NCBI RefSeq assembly: GCF_019416685.1
Contig: NZ_DXWV01000071.1
Reading direction: 5' to 3' (one strand)
Length of the DNA: 64,000 bases
Source of the DNA: Bacteroides sp.
GTDB lineage: Bacteria > Bacteroidota > Bacteroidia > Bacteroidales > Bacteroidaceae
Part shown: positions 43,314 to 52,917 of the stretch, in pieces
Numbering within the stretch: the first letter of the stretch is position 1
Layout of the letters: each line of letters opens with the position of its first letter
Notes under the pieces: model-generated
Told to the model about the DNA's origin: nothing
Seen by the model: the letters and a program-made list of their open reading frames with translations, nothing else
The model's database searches: none
Program-made: the position numbers and the translations under genes

Positions 43314-44249
43314 ATGAAAGAACAAATTATTTCCTATTTACAAGGGCCTAGAAACTTCGCGGAAGGCGTGGCGCTTTATGAAATATTCGGAGTAAATCGC
43401 ATGTTGAAAGCTAAATTTCGGCAGATTGGAGAATGTGAAATGACTAAAGGAGCGCTTTTCGAAGAATTACGTAAGCTGGCCGGATTATCTGAAATGGATT
43501 TTTCTTCAATGCGCAGAACTGCATACAAGAAGCCGGAACCGATACCAGAAACCGTTAAATCTGTTTTGCCTAAAACGTATGTAGATGATTCACTTATCGC
43601 ATTGGCTGACCGCTTCGGTGTTACTGTTGATGAACTTGTTAGCGATGAATTTATCGAGAAAGTGTTATCAGCAGACGAAAGCCAAGATAAAGTAGACGAA
43701 CTGGAAGAGGAACTGGAAGAAGCAAAATCAAAGTATTGTGAAGTCCCTGAAACTGTACGTAAAACAATTCGTTTCCGGGAAGAATTTCCCTTCTTAAATG
43801 AAAAGGATTGTCCGAATGAGTTTAAAATATTAGTATCAGATATGTTTTCAGCTTATGACCTGTACCGGGAAAGTCACGAGATGTTAGCCAATACACCGGA
43901 TGATGTTGCAAGCGAGGAAACGTTCAGATGGGCTAAGACAGCAGTAGAAAACTATCTGGATAACCGGGAAATGTGGGAAGAACTGGAATATTACCGGGAA
44001 AATCATAAGATATTAGGGAAAGCAAAAATTATGCAGGAACTAGCTGAAAGAAATGAAATTTCAGCTTTGCCGGATCTGGATCTCGTGAAGCAACTGAATA
44101 ATGCAAAGTCGAATATATCCAAAGGTAAGAATGACCTTGAAAAATCCGACAACGAAGAAAAAAAAGCAAAGGCCCAAGCGAAAATCGAAAAATGGACTAA
44201 CAAAAAAGATATCCTGGAAAAAGAAATCGAAGCTAGAAAAAAAAACTAG
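43314..44249 (+). CDS. Hypothetical acidic / coiled-coil protein (311 aa)
   Basis: Acidic centre (DESQDKVDELEEELEEAK) and a Lys/Glu-rich C-terminus. Confidence 0.6.
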   Translation: MKEQIISYLQGPRNFAEGVALYEIFGVNRMLKAKFRQIGECEMTKGALFEELRKLAGLSEMDFSSMRRTAYKKPEPIPETVKSVLPKTYVDDSLIALADRFGVTVDELVSDEFIEKVLSADESQDKVDELEEELEEAKSKYCEVPETVRKTIRFREEFPFLNEKDCPNEFKILVSDMFSAYDLYRESHEMLANTPDDVASEETFRWAKTAVENYLDNREMWEELEYYRENHKILGKAKIMQELAERNEISALPDLDLVKQLNNAKSNISKGKNDLEKSDNEEKKAKAQAKIEKWTNKKDILEKEIEARKKN

Positions 44250-44275
44250 GTTTCCATCTTTGCAAACTGGAAATA

Positions 44276-44312
44276 AAGCGGGCTACATGGCGAGCTATGA
44301 AAACCCGCTTTT
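44276..44312 (+). terminator. Intrinsic terminator
   Basis: AAGCGGG / CCCGCTT stem with a 21-nt loop, followed by TTTT. Confidence 0.45.
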
Positions 44313-44405
44313 CTCACCCGTGCGATCGAGCCGAAGTCGGGATCCAGAGTCAGAAAATAGGTGCTGAAATTCAGTCTGATTATGAACGTCTTAATATTTT
44401 AAATA

Positions 44406-44738
44406 ATGAATAACTTACCGGTAGACTCTTTCTTTTTTGATATAGAGCAAAAGGAAGATATACAGCGAATGGCAGCGTTAGGATACAGCCCTAAAGAGAT
44501 AGCAATTTATCTAGGCGTAGATGTTGATTCTTTTGTAAAGGATGCTTATATAGAGGGTACAACAATTAACGGAATAATCCGGCAGGGAATATTAGTTTCT
44601 AGGGCTAACCCGGAAATGAAACTGCATGAGCAGGCCGAAGGGGGGAATATAATTGCTATTCAACAACTGGAAAAGGTGAATAGGAGACGAACATTTGAAA
44701 TAATTGTAGAGCAAATCGATGAAGATGAATGTAACTAA
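44406..44738 (+). CDS. Small HTH protein, candidate small terminase subunit
   Basis: HTH-like MAALGYSPKEIAIYLGVDVDSF. Located two genes upstream of the large terminase. The call is positional. Confidence 0.35.
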   Translation: MNNLPVDSFFFDIEQKEDIQRMAALGYSPKEIAIYLGVDVDSFVKDAYIEGTTINGIIRQGILVSRANPEMKLHEQAEGGNIIAIQQLEKVNRRRTFEIIVEQIDEDECN

Positions 44739-45399
44739 GCCGACACGGCTAGATCTTGAAAATATAGATATTAACCAGATCACACAGATTTTATCTACTG
44801 GTGATTTAGATACCTTACCACCAGAGGAACGCGCCTACTACGAGCTTATGGAAATGGTTAGAGGGCTAAGGGCTAGAATGAGGTATAACGGTAAGGTAAT
44901 AACAAAAGCCGGTATTATTAAGTTACTTAAGTCAGAAATTTACGGTTTGTCTGACTGGATGGCCCGACAGGTTTATTCTGATTCTATAAATTTCTTCTAC
45001 GCACAAGAAAATATAAGGCCGGAAGCATTTGCGAACCTATACGCCGAGAAGCTGGAAAAGTGGGCAGATTCTATGTTCCTGATGGGGAAAGGTGAAGAAG
45101 CTTCGCGTATTTTGGAACGTGCCGCTAAATTAAGGCTACGCTTTGCTTCGACTGAAACAGAAATCCCGGAAGAACTTCTAAATAAAAAACAGATAGTCAT
45201 TTATACGACAAAACGATCTGATCTAGGTGTACCAGAAACGGATCGAAAAGAGCTGGAAGAGTTTATCGATGAAATTCCAGATATACCAATGATTGTACGG
45301 GATAGGCTAAAAGAAGATGCACAGATAAAGAAATTTAATCTTAAAAAACGAATGATCGAAGATGCCGAAGAGTTCAGAGAAGACGATACAGAGGATTAA
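44719..45399 (+). CDS. Hypothetical protein (226 aa)
   Basis: Overlaps both neighbouring genes. No motif recognised. Confidence 0.55.
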   Translation: MKMNVTKPTRLDLENIDINQITQILSTGDLDTLPPEERAYYELMEMVRGLRARMRYNGKVITKAGIIKLLKSEIYGLSDWMARQVYSDSINFFYAQENIRPEAFANLYAEKLEKWADSMFLMGKGEEASRILERAAKLRLRFASTETEIPEELLNKKQIVIYTTKRSDLGVPETDRKELEEFIDEIPDIPMIVRDRLKEDAQIKKFNLKKRMIEDAEEFREDDTED

Positions 45400-47077
45400 T
45401 ACCGATGATGTTGAAGTAAGATATTCACATATTATAAAGGTACTGACGGACTGGATAGATACTACTAATCTAATCACAAGTGCCGGTCGTGGAATGGCTA
45501 AAAGTACTGTTATACAGGCCAGACGCTCTGCCGATTGTGTTTATGATATGCCAGGTGCGGCGCTTGCTTTTGCAGCTAATACCTACACGAATTTAACAGA
45601 TAATATAATGCCAGCGGTAAAAACAGGCTGGGAGTTAATGGGGCTTTATGAAGGTGTACACTACATTTCTAACAAACGCCCGCTTGAATCTTGGCGAAAA
45701 AGGTGCAGTATAATAGTAGATGATTATAAAAATACTATTTCATTTTGGAATGGATCTATAATTTTTCTAGGATCCCTAGATCATCCGTCTTTGTTGGCTG
45801 GTAAGTCAGTAGTTCATTTATTCTTTGACGAAGCTAAATACGATCAAGATAAGAAGGTTAATAGAGCTATGCCGATTTTGCGTGGTGATGCCATTCGTTA
45901 CGGGCATAGTCATTACTTTTTAGGGGTAACCATTACTACGGACATGCCGGATGTTTTGGAGGGAGAATATGACTGGTATTTTCGTTATGTAAAGCTGATG
46001 AAGCCAGAACGTATTTTAAAAATAGTCCAAGCGGCAGGGGAACTAAATGAACTGCGTATTAAGCTAGTACGGGAAGAAAATAAAGAATCTCCTTCTCCTG
46101 ATAAACTAAGACGGATTAAAAAAAAGATAATCTATTATGAAGCTGCCTTACTTAAGATGCGGAAGGGGGAAAGTTATTTTATTAATGCTTCTAGCTTTAC
46201 GAACATTGATATTCTAACAATTGGGTATATAAAGCAACTTTTTAACGGAACACTGGAATTACACGAATTTAAAAAATCGGTGGTAGGTATGCGCCCTGGG
46301 CTTCGCCGAGATATCCGTTTTTATGTGGCTTTTTCTGAAAAGCATAAATATACAGATGGTGTGTATCATGGGGAACCGGCAGTAAATTCTAGGGATCTGC
46401 GCTTTTTACACCATGATAACCCGATAGATGCAGGCGTCGATTTTGGTAATCAACTATCCCTAATCATAGGGCAGGAAGACGGTGCATATTACCGATTACA
46501 TAAGAATTTTTTTGAGTTACCGCCTAATTGGTTTAGAGAATTGGCAGATCAATTTCTAGGCTTTTTCCTGAATCACGAGGAAAAGGAATTAAACTTGTAT
46601 TATGATCGTGCCGGAAATAATTTTGAAAAGCAGAAAGAAGACTATGCGCGAAAATTGAAAGAAGCTATCGAGATAGACGGGGGAGGCAACCGGACAGGAT
46701 GGATCGTTAATCTTATGAGTCGCAAACAAGCTAATATCCGGCAAGATGAAGAATACGACTTTATGTTGGAGCTAATGAAGGGGGAAAACAGAGCATTACC
46801 AATTCTTTTAATTGATGCAGTTAATTGCAAAGAAGCCGTGTCTAGTATTGAGAAGGCACCAGCCGGGATCCGATACAAGGGGCAGCAAAAGATAGTTTAT
46901 AAGATTAAGAAGTCGGAGAAACTGGCACCTAAGAAATTGCCTATGCTTTCTACAAACTTCTCTGATGCCTTTAAATACTTAATGATGCGTAAGCTCTGGC
47001 GGCGGGCTATCAGGGGCAAAGGCAAGGCTAGTAATGCCAGCCCTTACGTGCCGGGATTCGATGACATGGAAGGGTGA
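45362..47077 (+). CDS. Terminase large subunit
   Basis: Walker A-like SAGRGMAKSTV and Walker B VVHLFFDEAKYD. The 571-aa size and C-terminal nuclease-sized region fit TerL. Confidence 0.75.
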   Translation: MPKSSEKTIQRINTDDVEVRYSHIIKVLTDWIDTTNLITSAGRGMAKSTVIQARRSADCVYDMPGAALAFAANTYTNLTDNIMPAVKTGWELMGLYEGVHYISNKRPLESWRKRCSIIVDDYKNTISFWNGSIIFLGSLDHPSLLAGKSVVHLFFDEAKYDQDKKVNRAMPILRGDAIRYGHSHYFLGVTITTDMPDVLEGEYDWYFRYVKLMKPERILKIVQAAGELNELRIKLVREENKESPSPDKLRRIKKKIIYYEAALLKMRKGESYFINASSFTNIDILTIGYIKQLFNGTLELHEFKKSVVGMRPGLRRDIRFYVAFSEKHKYTDGVYHGEPAVNSRDLRFLHHDNPIDAGVDFGNQLSLIIGQEDGAYYRLHKNFFELPPNWFRELADQFLGFFLNHEEKELNLYYDRAGNNFEKQKEDYARKLKEAIEIDGGGNRTGWIVNLMSRKQANIRQDEEYDFMLELMKGENRALPILLIDAVNCKEAVSSIEKAPAGIRYKGQQKIVYKIKKSEKLAPKKLPMLSTNFSDAFKYLMMRKLWRRAIRGKGKASNASPYVPGFDDMEG

Positions 47078-47096
47078 TGAAGGCAATTGCCCCAGT

Positions 47097-47128
47097 AGGC
47101 CGACCTTATACCGGGGTCGGCCTTTTTT
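47097..47128 (+). terminator. Intrinsic terminator after the terminase gene
   Basis: AGGCCGACC / GGTCGGCCT 9-bp stem followed by TTTTTT. Confidence 0.8.
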
Positions 47129-47292
47129 GTCGCCAAAGTTGCGAAACGTTAATAATATTAACGTAATTAATCATATTTCACATTTCGAAAAACGAGGCAA
47201 TCGCCTTTCGACTTCTGAGCGGCTCGGTCTTCGGTGTGTGATTGAAAAAAATAATTCACTGACGTATATGCTTATTAGTATGTTTATCAGTG

Positions 47293-47332
47293 CTTTGTAA
47301 TGGGGAATACCAAAATTTTCCCCATTACAAAG
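47293..47332 (+). terminator. Strong hairpin (14-bp perfect stem) upstream of higB
   Basis: CTTTGTAATGGGGA / TCCCCATTACAAAG with a 12-nt loop, followed by GGTGTTTT. Confidence 0.5.
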
Positions 47333-47479
47333 GGTGTTTTCTGTTGTTCTAGTGGAAAAATAGAAAGAAAAAACATAAAATCATGCGAAAACCATATTTC
47401 AACAAGTCTTTTTTATAGGCTTATGATTAAAAATAAAAAATATATCTCTTGAAAAGTTCCACATTTGGGAATTTTTTAG

Positions 47480-47487
47480 TATCTTTG
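47480..47487 (+). promoter_or_regulatory. TAnnTTTG -7 promoter motif for higBA
   Basis: TATCTTTG lies 20 nt upstream of the ATG at 47507. Confidence 0.45.
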
Positions 47488-47506
47488 TTTCAAATAAAAA
47501 GAAGTT

Positions 47507-47800
47507 ATGAAAATAATCGATTCTGAAAAGCTGGAAGAGTTTATTAAAAAACATGCGGACGCTAGTAATGCTATCGAAAAATGGGTAGAAAAGATAGAGG
47601 CCGCAAATTGGAAAAATCATAATGAACTGAAAAATGATTTTCTTTCAGCCGATTATGTGGGAAATAACCGTTATGTATTTAATATCCGTGGGAATAATTA
47701 TCGAATTGTTGCAGTAGTTGTTTTTTTCGCTGGTAGAATGGTTATCCGTTTTGTAGGTACTCACAAAGATTATGATAGAATCGACGCAAAGAATTATTAA
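47507..47800 (+). CDS. higB: Type II toxin HigB-family (RelE/ParE-fold mRNA interferase)
   Basis: 97 aa. Motifs WVEKIEAANWKNHNELKNDFLSADYVGNNRYVFNIRGNNYRIVAVV...FVGTHKDYDRI are characteristic of the HigB_toxin family. The toxin-first gene order is the HigBA arrangement. Confidence 0.8.
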   Translation: MKIIDSEKLEEFIKKHADASNAIEKWVEKIEAANWKNHNELKNDFLSADYVGNNRYVFNIRGNNYRIVAVVVFFAGRMVIRFVGTHKDYDRIDAKNY

Positions 47801-47813
47801 AAAGGAGGGTATT

Positions 47814-48197
47814 ATGAAAATTAGTAATGATTCCCAATACAGGGAGTATAAAAAGAAAATGGAAGCTTTAATCCAAAAGGGTACAAAGCTTGGGGATCTG
47901 GAATTGCTTTCAGAATTTGATAAAGAAGAGTTTATACGCTTGACTGATGCTATTTCTGAATGGGAAGCGGCTTATCATCCTTTGCCGGGGAAAGTTTCTA
48001 CGATAATCACTGACGCTATAAAAGAACGTATGGTTGCAGGGAATATAAAACAAAAGGAAGCTGCAAAAAAACTAGGCGTTTCTGAATCACGTATAAGTGA
48101 ATTACTATCCGGCAAACGATCACTTAATTTAAATCTAGTAAAGCGCCTTCGGGATAATTTCGGGATCCCAGCGGATTTTATCTTGGATAATATGTAA
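47814..48197 (+). CDS. higA: HigA-like antitoxin (XRE-type HTH at the C-terminus)
   Basis: HTH IKQKEAAKKLGVSESRISELLSGKRSLNLNLVKRL. The ATG at 47814 is preceded by AAGGAGGG. Confidence 0.8.
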   Translation: MKISNDSQYREYKKKMEALIQKGTKLGDLELLSEFDKEEFIRLTDAISEWEAAYHPLPGKVSTIITDAIKERMVAGNIKQKEAAKKLGVSESRISELLSGKRSLNLNLVKRLRDNFGIPADFILDNM

Positions 48198-48220
48198 AAA
48201 ATGGAATAAAAATAAGACGG

Positions 48221-48252
48221 AAAAGCTTTATCTAATTGGATAAAGCTTTTTT
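48221..48252 (+). terminator. Intrinsic terminator after higA
   Basis: AAAAGCTTTATC / GATAAAGCTTTT 12-bp stem with a 6-nt loop and a T-run. Confidence 0.8.
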
Positions 48253-48302
48253 ATTTGTGGCTTTTTCCCTACATTTACCAGATAATCATAATATAATGCA
48301 GT

Positions 48303-48560
48303 ATGAACACACTAAAGCCGAATTTTGCCAAAAAAGAAGATAACGGCGTGGATCTTTTGCGTAAATCTTCAAAGATATTTTTAATAGTCTCACAAATAGC
48401 CGGAATTATAGGGGCTTTTGCCGGGATAATGGATTTTGATAGTTCAGGGATAACGGTTATAGCAGTAGCCGTTTTAATCTTTGTTGCAGGGTATCTAGTA
48501 CGTGGTTTTGCTTTATGTATTGCTACGATTGCGGAAAATTCCGAAAAGCATAAAGAATAG
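48303..48560 (+). CDS. Small two-TM membrane protein (holin-like topology)
   Basis: Hydrophobic helices IFLIVSQIAGIIGAFAGI and ITVIAVAVLIFVAGYLVRGFALCIA. 85 aa. Confidence 0.5.
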   Translation: MNTLKPNFAKKEDNGVDLLRKSSKIFLIVSQIAGIIGAFAGIMDFDSSGITVIAVAVLIFVAGYLVRGFALCIATIAENSEKHKE

Positions 48561-48591
48561 CCAGTTAATCAGAATATATCTTTTTATTTAT

Positions 48592-48624
48592 AGGGTGCAT
48601 CGGGAACGGTGTGCCCTTTCTTTT
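48592..48624 (+). terminator. Terminator-like hairpin
   Basis: AGGGTGCA / TGTGCCCT stem (two G-U pairs) followed by TTCTTTT. Confidence 0.4.
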
Positions 48625-48676
48625 GTCCTTTACCTACACATCTTAAAAGCTCATATTTGCCTAAAAATAGAGCAAT

Positions 48677-48964
48677 ATGAATGAAATATTAATTACTACA
48701 GTAATCAGTTCTATTTGTACTGGTGGTATTACTTGGCTTTTTACTCTTAAATATACTAGGAAACAGGCCGAAGCTGATGCGATGCTATCTGTGCAAAACG
48801 TATATCAGCAAATAATTGAGGATCTTAAAACGGATCGGGTGGAGTTGAAAGAAAATATCAAGGAACTGGCGCTAAAGGTGAGTGAGAACGAACGGGAAAT
48901 TAAAGCAATGAAGCCGAATCTTTGCGGGCGGAAGGCATGTACACAAAGAATACCAATCAATTAA
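48677..48964 (+). CDS. N-terminally anchored coiled-coil protein (i-spanin-like topology)
   Basis: TM helix ILITTVISSICTGGITWLF, then a heptad-rich segment IIEDLKTDRVELKENIKELALKVSENEREIKAM. Confidence 0.5.
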   Translation: MNEILITTVISSICTGGITWLFTLKYTRKQAEADAMLSVQNVYQQIIEDLKTDRVELKENIKELALKVSENEREIKAMKPNLCGRKACTQRIPIN

Positions 48965-48968
48965 TTAT

Positions 48969-49514
48969 ATGAAAAAATATGCTTTGTATATTGTACTATC
49001 GGGAGTCTTCCTTGCTAGTTGTAGCCGCGCAACGATCGATCACCGGAAAACAAATGAAACGGTATTGTCAGACAGCGTTAAAGCTCGCACAGATACGCGA
49101 GAGGAACAGGATAAGCGGCAGGGACATAGTACAGAACGTAATACTAGAACTGACGAGGAAAACCGCGTCGTTATTAAATTTGATACGGAAAAGCCAGTTA
49201 CGAAAGAAACAGGTTTACCACCAATCAAAGAAATCTCTTTTACCGGTTCCACCACTAATCAAGAAAAAGAACTTTATACGGAGATCGACACGGAGAAAAA
49301 TATAAAATCAGTAATAAACGATTCAACAGCAGTAAATCGTAAGACTGATAAGAAAGAAGATATTAAGACGAGCAAAGAAATTAAGCCTTCGACTAGTTTA
49401 TGGAAGGCTTTGTTATATATCTGCCTTATTGTTTTCTCCTATTATTTATTTGATGTATTGCGGGCACACTGGCCGAAAATAAAACAGTTATGGCGAAGGG
49501 TATTCAAACTATAA
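48969..49514 (+). CDS. Lipoprotein with C-terminal TM helix (u-spanin-like architecture)
   Basis: Lipobox LSGVFLASCS, a polar Thr/Glu/Lys-rich middle, and a C-terminal helix LWKALLYICLIVFSYYLFDVL. Confidence 0.5.
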   Translation: MKKYALYIVLSGVFLASCSRATIDHRKTNETVLSDSVKARTDTREEQDKRQGHSTERNTRTDEENRVVIKFDTEKPVTKETGLPPIKEISFTGSTTNQEKELYTEIDTEKNIKSVINDSTAVNRKTDKKEDIKTSKEIKPSTSLWKALLYICLIVFSYYLFDVLRAHWPKIKQLWRRVFKL

Positions 49515-49780
49515 ACCTATATACCGCTATCGAGCAGATGAAGCAAATTTCCGCAGATGGTGACACTTTTTCTATAACATTTAGAAAGTACGATCGTCAG
49601 CGGAGATCTGGCGGGGATTCGGTTAGGTTGAAATATGCTAGATTACGGCCTAAAACATCGGATGCAGAGATCGAAAATTCTAGCTATAAATTATTTCTAA
49701 CTGATACAGAAACAGGCAAACCGCTAAATTGTTGGCAAATACTTGTTACAGAGTTCAACGGGATCAAAATTTATGTTTAA
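49490..49780 (+). CDS. Hypothetical protein (96 aa)
   Basis: Same-strand ORF that overlaps its neighbours. Confidence 0.5.
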   Translation: MAKGIQTINLYTAIEQMKQISADGDTFSITFRKYDRQRRSGGDSVRLKYARLRPKTSDAEIENSSYKLFLTDTETGKPLNCWQILVTEFNGIKIYV

Positions 49781-51134
49781 TATGGAAATCAGAAGAACAG
49801 GCAATTTCGGATTTATAGATACAGGGGAAGGACAATTAATTTCCTTTGCCATGGGGAAGGGCTGGGCGCCTTCTTCTATTAATTTTAGTAGGCCGGATAG
49901 TTGGCAGACTAAGAAAATAAGAGTTAATGGAATTGATATCGTGCCGATGGGCGCTAATAACGACTTACCAGGAGACGTACAGCGTTTACTAGATAATTTC
50001 TATGGTGGGGAAGGTATCATGGGGAAAATACAGGGCCTACAATGGGGAGAAGGCCCGCGTTTTTTTGAAGATGCCATCGACGAAGGGAATAATAAGTTTT
50101 ATCGGAAATGGATACTAGATGATAAGATCCAGGAAGATTTAGAGCGCTGGGATCATCGCGAGTTTATGTTACGATCCTTAGTTGATCTTATCCACATGCA
50201 GGGGTTTTGGACTAAGTTTATTAGAAACCGGGGGCCGCGTATTGGTGCGGCAGGTAAATTTCTAAAGTTGGAACATATACCTTATAAAAAATGCCGTTTT
50301 GAGTATCCAGACGATAACCACGACTTCCCGCAAAATGTATATGTAGGTGATTGGCCGTTTCCGGATCCTACTAAATTGGCTAAATATCCGGTTTTTAATC
50401 CGGCAGATCCCTTTAAGCATCCGGTATCAGTTGGATATTTCAATATCTATTCTTTCTGTAAAGATTTCGTAAGCACACCTCGTTTTCTTGGTGCTTTCCC
50501 ATGGCTGGAACTGGCCGGTACGATTGCGCCATTACTGGCCGCTTATAATGCTAATTCGTCGGCCTTAAGCTTGCACATTGAGAGTCCGCAGGGATATTGG
50601 GATGCAGCGGAAGAACGAATAAAAGACATTTGCAAGCGTAAAGGTATTGCTTATTCCGCAAAAATGCTGGAAGACTTTAAAGATGAAGCAATGGAAAAGT
50701 ATGCGGCAGGTGTTACCGGACGGCAGAATGTTGGTAAATATATGCACACGACTAAATTTTGGAACGCAGAAGCCAATAACTTTGAAGGATGGACGATCAC
50801 ACCTATCGATAAAAAGATAAAAGATTATATCGAGAGCCAGATAAAAATAGCTAATAAGGCGGACGCTGCGGCTACTTCTGGTTTCGGGTTGGATCCGGTT
50901 TTATCAAACCTTATCATGGAAAATAAGTTATCCAGCGGATCAGAGAAACTTTATTCTATAAAGGTTTATAATGCCAGCGAAACAGCCATACCCGATATGA
51001 TACTATGTAAACCACTGATGCACTACATACGTGCGAACTTTCCGGGAAGTAAGACTCAAATAGGACTTTATCGAAGTATTGTCAATGCGGAAGAAAACGT
51101 TTCACCAAGTGGTAGAGTAAAAGAAAATGCGTAA
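49773..51134 (+). CDS. Hypothetical structural protein, portal candidate
   Basis: About 453 aa. It is the first large ORF after the terminase and its morons. The call rests on size and position only. In-frame ATGs occur at 49773 and 49782. Confidence 0.3.
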   Translation: MFNMEIRRTGNFGFIDTGEGQLISFAMGKGWAPSSINFSRPDSWQTKKIRVNGIDIVPMGANNDLPGDVQRLLDNFYGGEGIMGKIQGLQWGEGPRFFEDAIDEGNNKFYRKWILDDKIQEDLERWDHREFMLRSLVDLIHMQGFWTKFIRNRGPRIGAAGKFLKLEHIPYKKCRFEYPDDNHDFPQNVYVGDWPFPDPTKLAKYPVFNPADPFKHPVSVGYFNIYSFCKDFVSTPRFLGAFPWLELAGTIAPLLAAYNANSSALSLHIESPQGYWDAAEERIKDICKRKGIAYSAKMLEDFKDEAMEKYAAGVTGRQNVGKYMHTTKFWNAEANNFEGWTITPIDKKIKDYIESQIKIANKADAAATSGFGLDPVLSNLIMENKLSSGSEKLYSIKVYNASETAIPDMILCKPLMHYIRANFPGSKTQIGLYRSIVNAEENVSPSGRVKENA

Positions 51135-51164
51135 ACTAAACTTTTTACACCAGAATAAGAAGTG

Positions 51165-52112
51165 ATGAAAACAATCTTTGATAAAAACAACAATGGTACG
51201 TCGGAACTCGTTGAAGCGCTAGGGATGATTGATGCTGCAACCGATTTCTCTAAGTGGAAACCTTACATACCATTAAGTGTAAGACGTTTAACGGCTATCG
51301 TAGGGCCGGAAGTTTACGACAAAGTAGTAGAATTTTATCATTCTACGGAACCAGATCCAAAAGCAGAAGAAAAATATAAAACTCTTCTTCTGATGATGCA
51401 ACAGTCCATAGCTTTATTTACCTGGATCAAGATTATACCTACACTGGACGCGCAACACGGGAACACTGGTCGGCAAAAGCGATTAGGTGAACATGAAAAG
51501 GGACTTACTGCCATACAGGAATATAAAGACGAAACAAACATCCTTAATCTGGCTTATGAATCGATAGACGCTTTGATCGCTTATTTAGATAAAGAGAACT
51601 TCGATTTCTGGTTGAAGTCAGAGAAGAAAAGAGCTATAAATCAGCTTTTAATAAGAAGTAAAGAAAAATTCGATATTTATTATATGATTGGAAGTCATCG
51701 TCTTTTCTTAACTCTTACGCCGATTATCCGGGAAATGCAGGATCGTTATATTATTCCAATCATCACGCGGAAGCGGTACGAACAGTTACTTTTAGAGAAT
51801 GAACTAGGAGAAGACTTTAACGATGCGGTGTGCAGGCCTTTAGCACTTCTAACGATGCAAAAGGCAGTTGAACGTTTGCCTGTTGAAGTTCTTCCAGATG
51901 GGGTAGTCCAGGTACAACAGGCCGGAACTGTTAAAGAAAAGATTAAGGCCGAAGCCGAAGCCAGAAAAGCAGTATCTAAAAGCTTGGGGGATGATGCGGA
52001 AAAAGATCTTATAGCATTACAAGACTTTATCGCTACTATTGAAGCCGAACCGGATGAACCGGATTTATATTTACCTAAAGCGACCATACAATCTAAAGGC
52101 ATAACGTTTTGA
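51165..52112 (+). CDS. Hypothetical structural-region protein (315 aa)
   Basis: Packed same-strand ORF in the late region. Confidence 0.6.
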   Translation: MKTIFDKNNNGTSELVEALGMIDAATDFSKWKPYIPLSVRRLTAIVGPEVYDKVVEFYHSTEPDPKAEEKYKTLLLMMQQSIALFTWIKIIPTLDAQHGNTGRQKRLGEHEKGLTAIQEYKDETNILNLAYESIDALIAYLDKENFDFWLKSEKKRAINQLLIRSKEKFDIYYMIGSHRLFLTLTPIIREMQDRYIIPIITRKRYEQLLLENELGEDFNDAVCRPLALLTMQKAVERLPVEVLPDGVVQVQQAGTVKEKIKAEAEARKAVSKSLGDDAEKDLIALQDFIATIEAEPDEPDLYLPKATIQSKGITF

Positions 52113-52113
52113 T

Positions 52114-52914
52114 ATGAAAGAAATTACATACGATAATAAATCAAAGAAAATACCGGAGTGTTTGGAAGAACTGACACCGGAACAGTACTACCGTTATCTG
52201 GAACTTGTCATGATGATGAATTCCGGTAAGATATCCCCTTTTGAAATGAGATGCAAGCTTGTTTCTTTGCTTCTTGGTATGAGATATAACTTTGTAATAT
52301 GCAAAGAAGCAATAGTTAAGGAAATAAGCGCTCAATTGCATAAAATAGATGCCTTCTTTGACATAACAGAGGAAGGGGATAAAATTATCTATGATCCTCA
52401 TATTAAGACGGGAAAGAATCTTTTGCCCTCATACAAAGATTGGAAAGGGCCGGATGATATGCTTAATAATATCACCTTCGGACAGTTTGTTCAATGTCTG
52501 AATCTGGCAAAAGCAATGAGTACCGCACAAAAGGAAGAAGACAACAAACTGGCAGATAGCTTGATATTCGAATTTGGCGAGATACTTTATAAAAATGATG
52601 ATTCCGAAGCAAATAAGAAATTACCGGCTTTAGTATGCCTTCATTCTTATATTTTCTTTTGTGCGGTATGGGAACTGATTTATAGTGTACCAATCCCAAT
52701 AAATGGAGAAGAGATTAATTTCTCAATATTATTTCAGGAACCCCATGGGGAAAAACGTACGGACGATAAAACCGGATGGGTAGGGGTTGCATATGAAGTT
52801 GCGTCTTCCGGTGTTTTTGGCAATGTGAAGCAAATAAACGAAACTCCCTTTTGGGATATTCTGCTTTATCTATATAAATGTCGATTTGAATCTTTGCACA
52901 ATAAAAATCAGTAG
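52114..52914 (+). CDS. Hypothetical structural-region protein (266 aa)
   Basis: Packed same-strand ORF in the late region. Confidence 0.6.
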   Translation: MKEITYDNKSKKIPECLEELTPEQYYRYLELVMMMNSGKISPFEMRCKLVSLLLGMRYNFVICKEAIVKEISAQLHKIDAFFDITEEGDKIIYDPHIKTGKNLLPSYKDWKGPDDMLNNITFGQFVQCLNLAKAMSTAQKEEDNKLADSLIFEFGEILYKNDDSEANKKLPALVCLHSYIFFCAVWELIYSVPIPINGEEINFSILFQEPHGEKRTDDKTGWVGVAYEVASSGVFGNVKQINETPFWDILLYLYKCRFESLHNKNQ

Positions 52915-52917
52915 ATT

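Noticed and set aside
44101-44367. 88-aa plus-strand ORF overlapping the 3' end of 43314..44249 and the terminator.
   Set aside because: It is a Lys-rich alternative-frame read of the Lys/Glu-rich tail, and it runs through the terminator hairpin. The same reasoning applies to 47034..47300, 37504..37704, 48502..48684 and 48979..49305.
47145-47161. 17-bp palindrome CGTTAATAATATTAACG downstream of the terminase terminator, considered as a possible HigA operator.
   Set aside because: It lies more than 300 bp upstream of the higBA promoter motif, and AT-rich palindromes of this size can arise by chance in AT-rich spacers. It is noted only.
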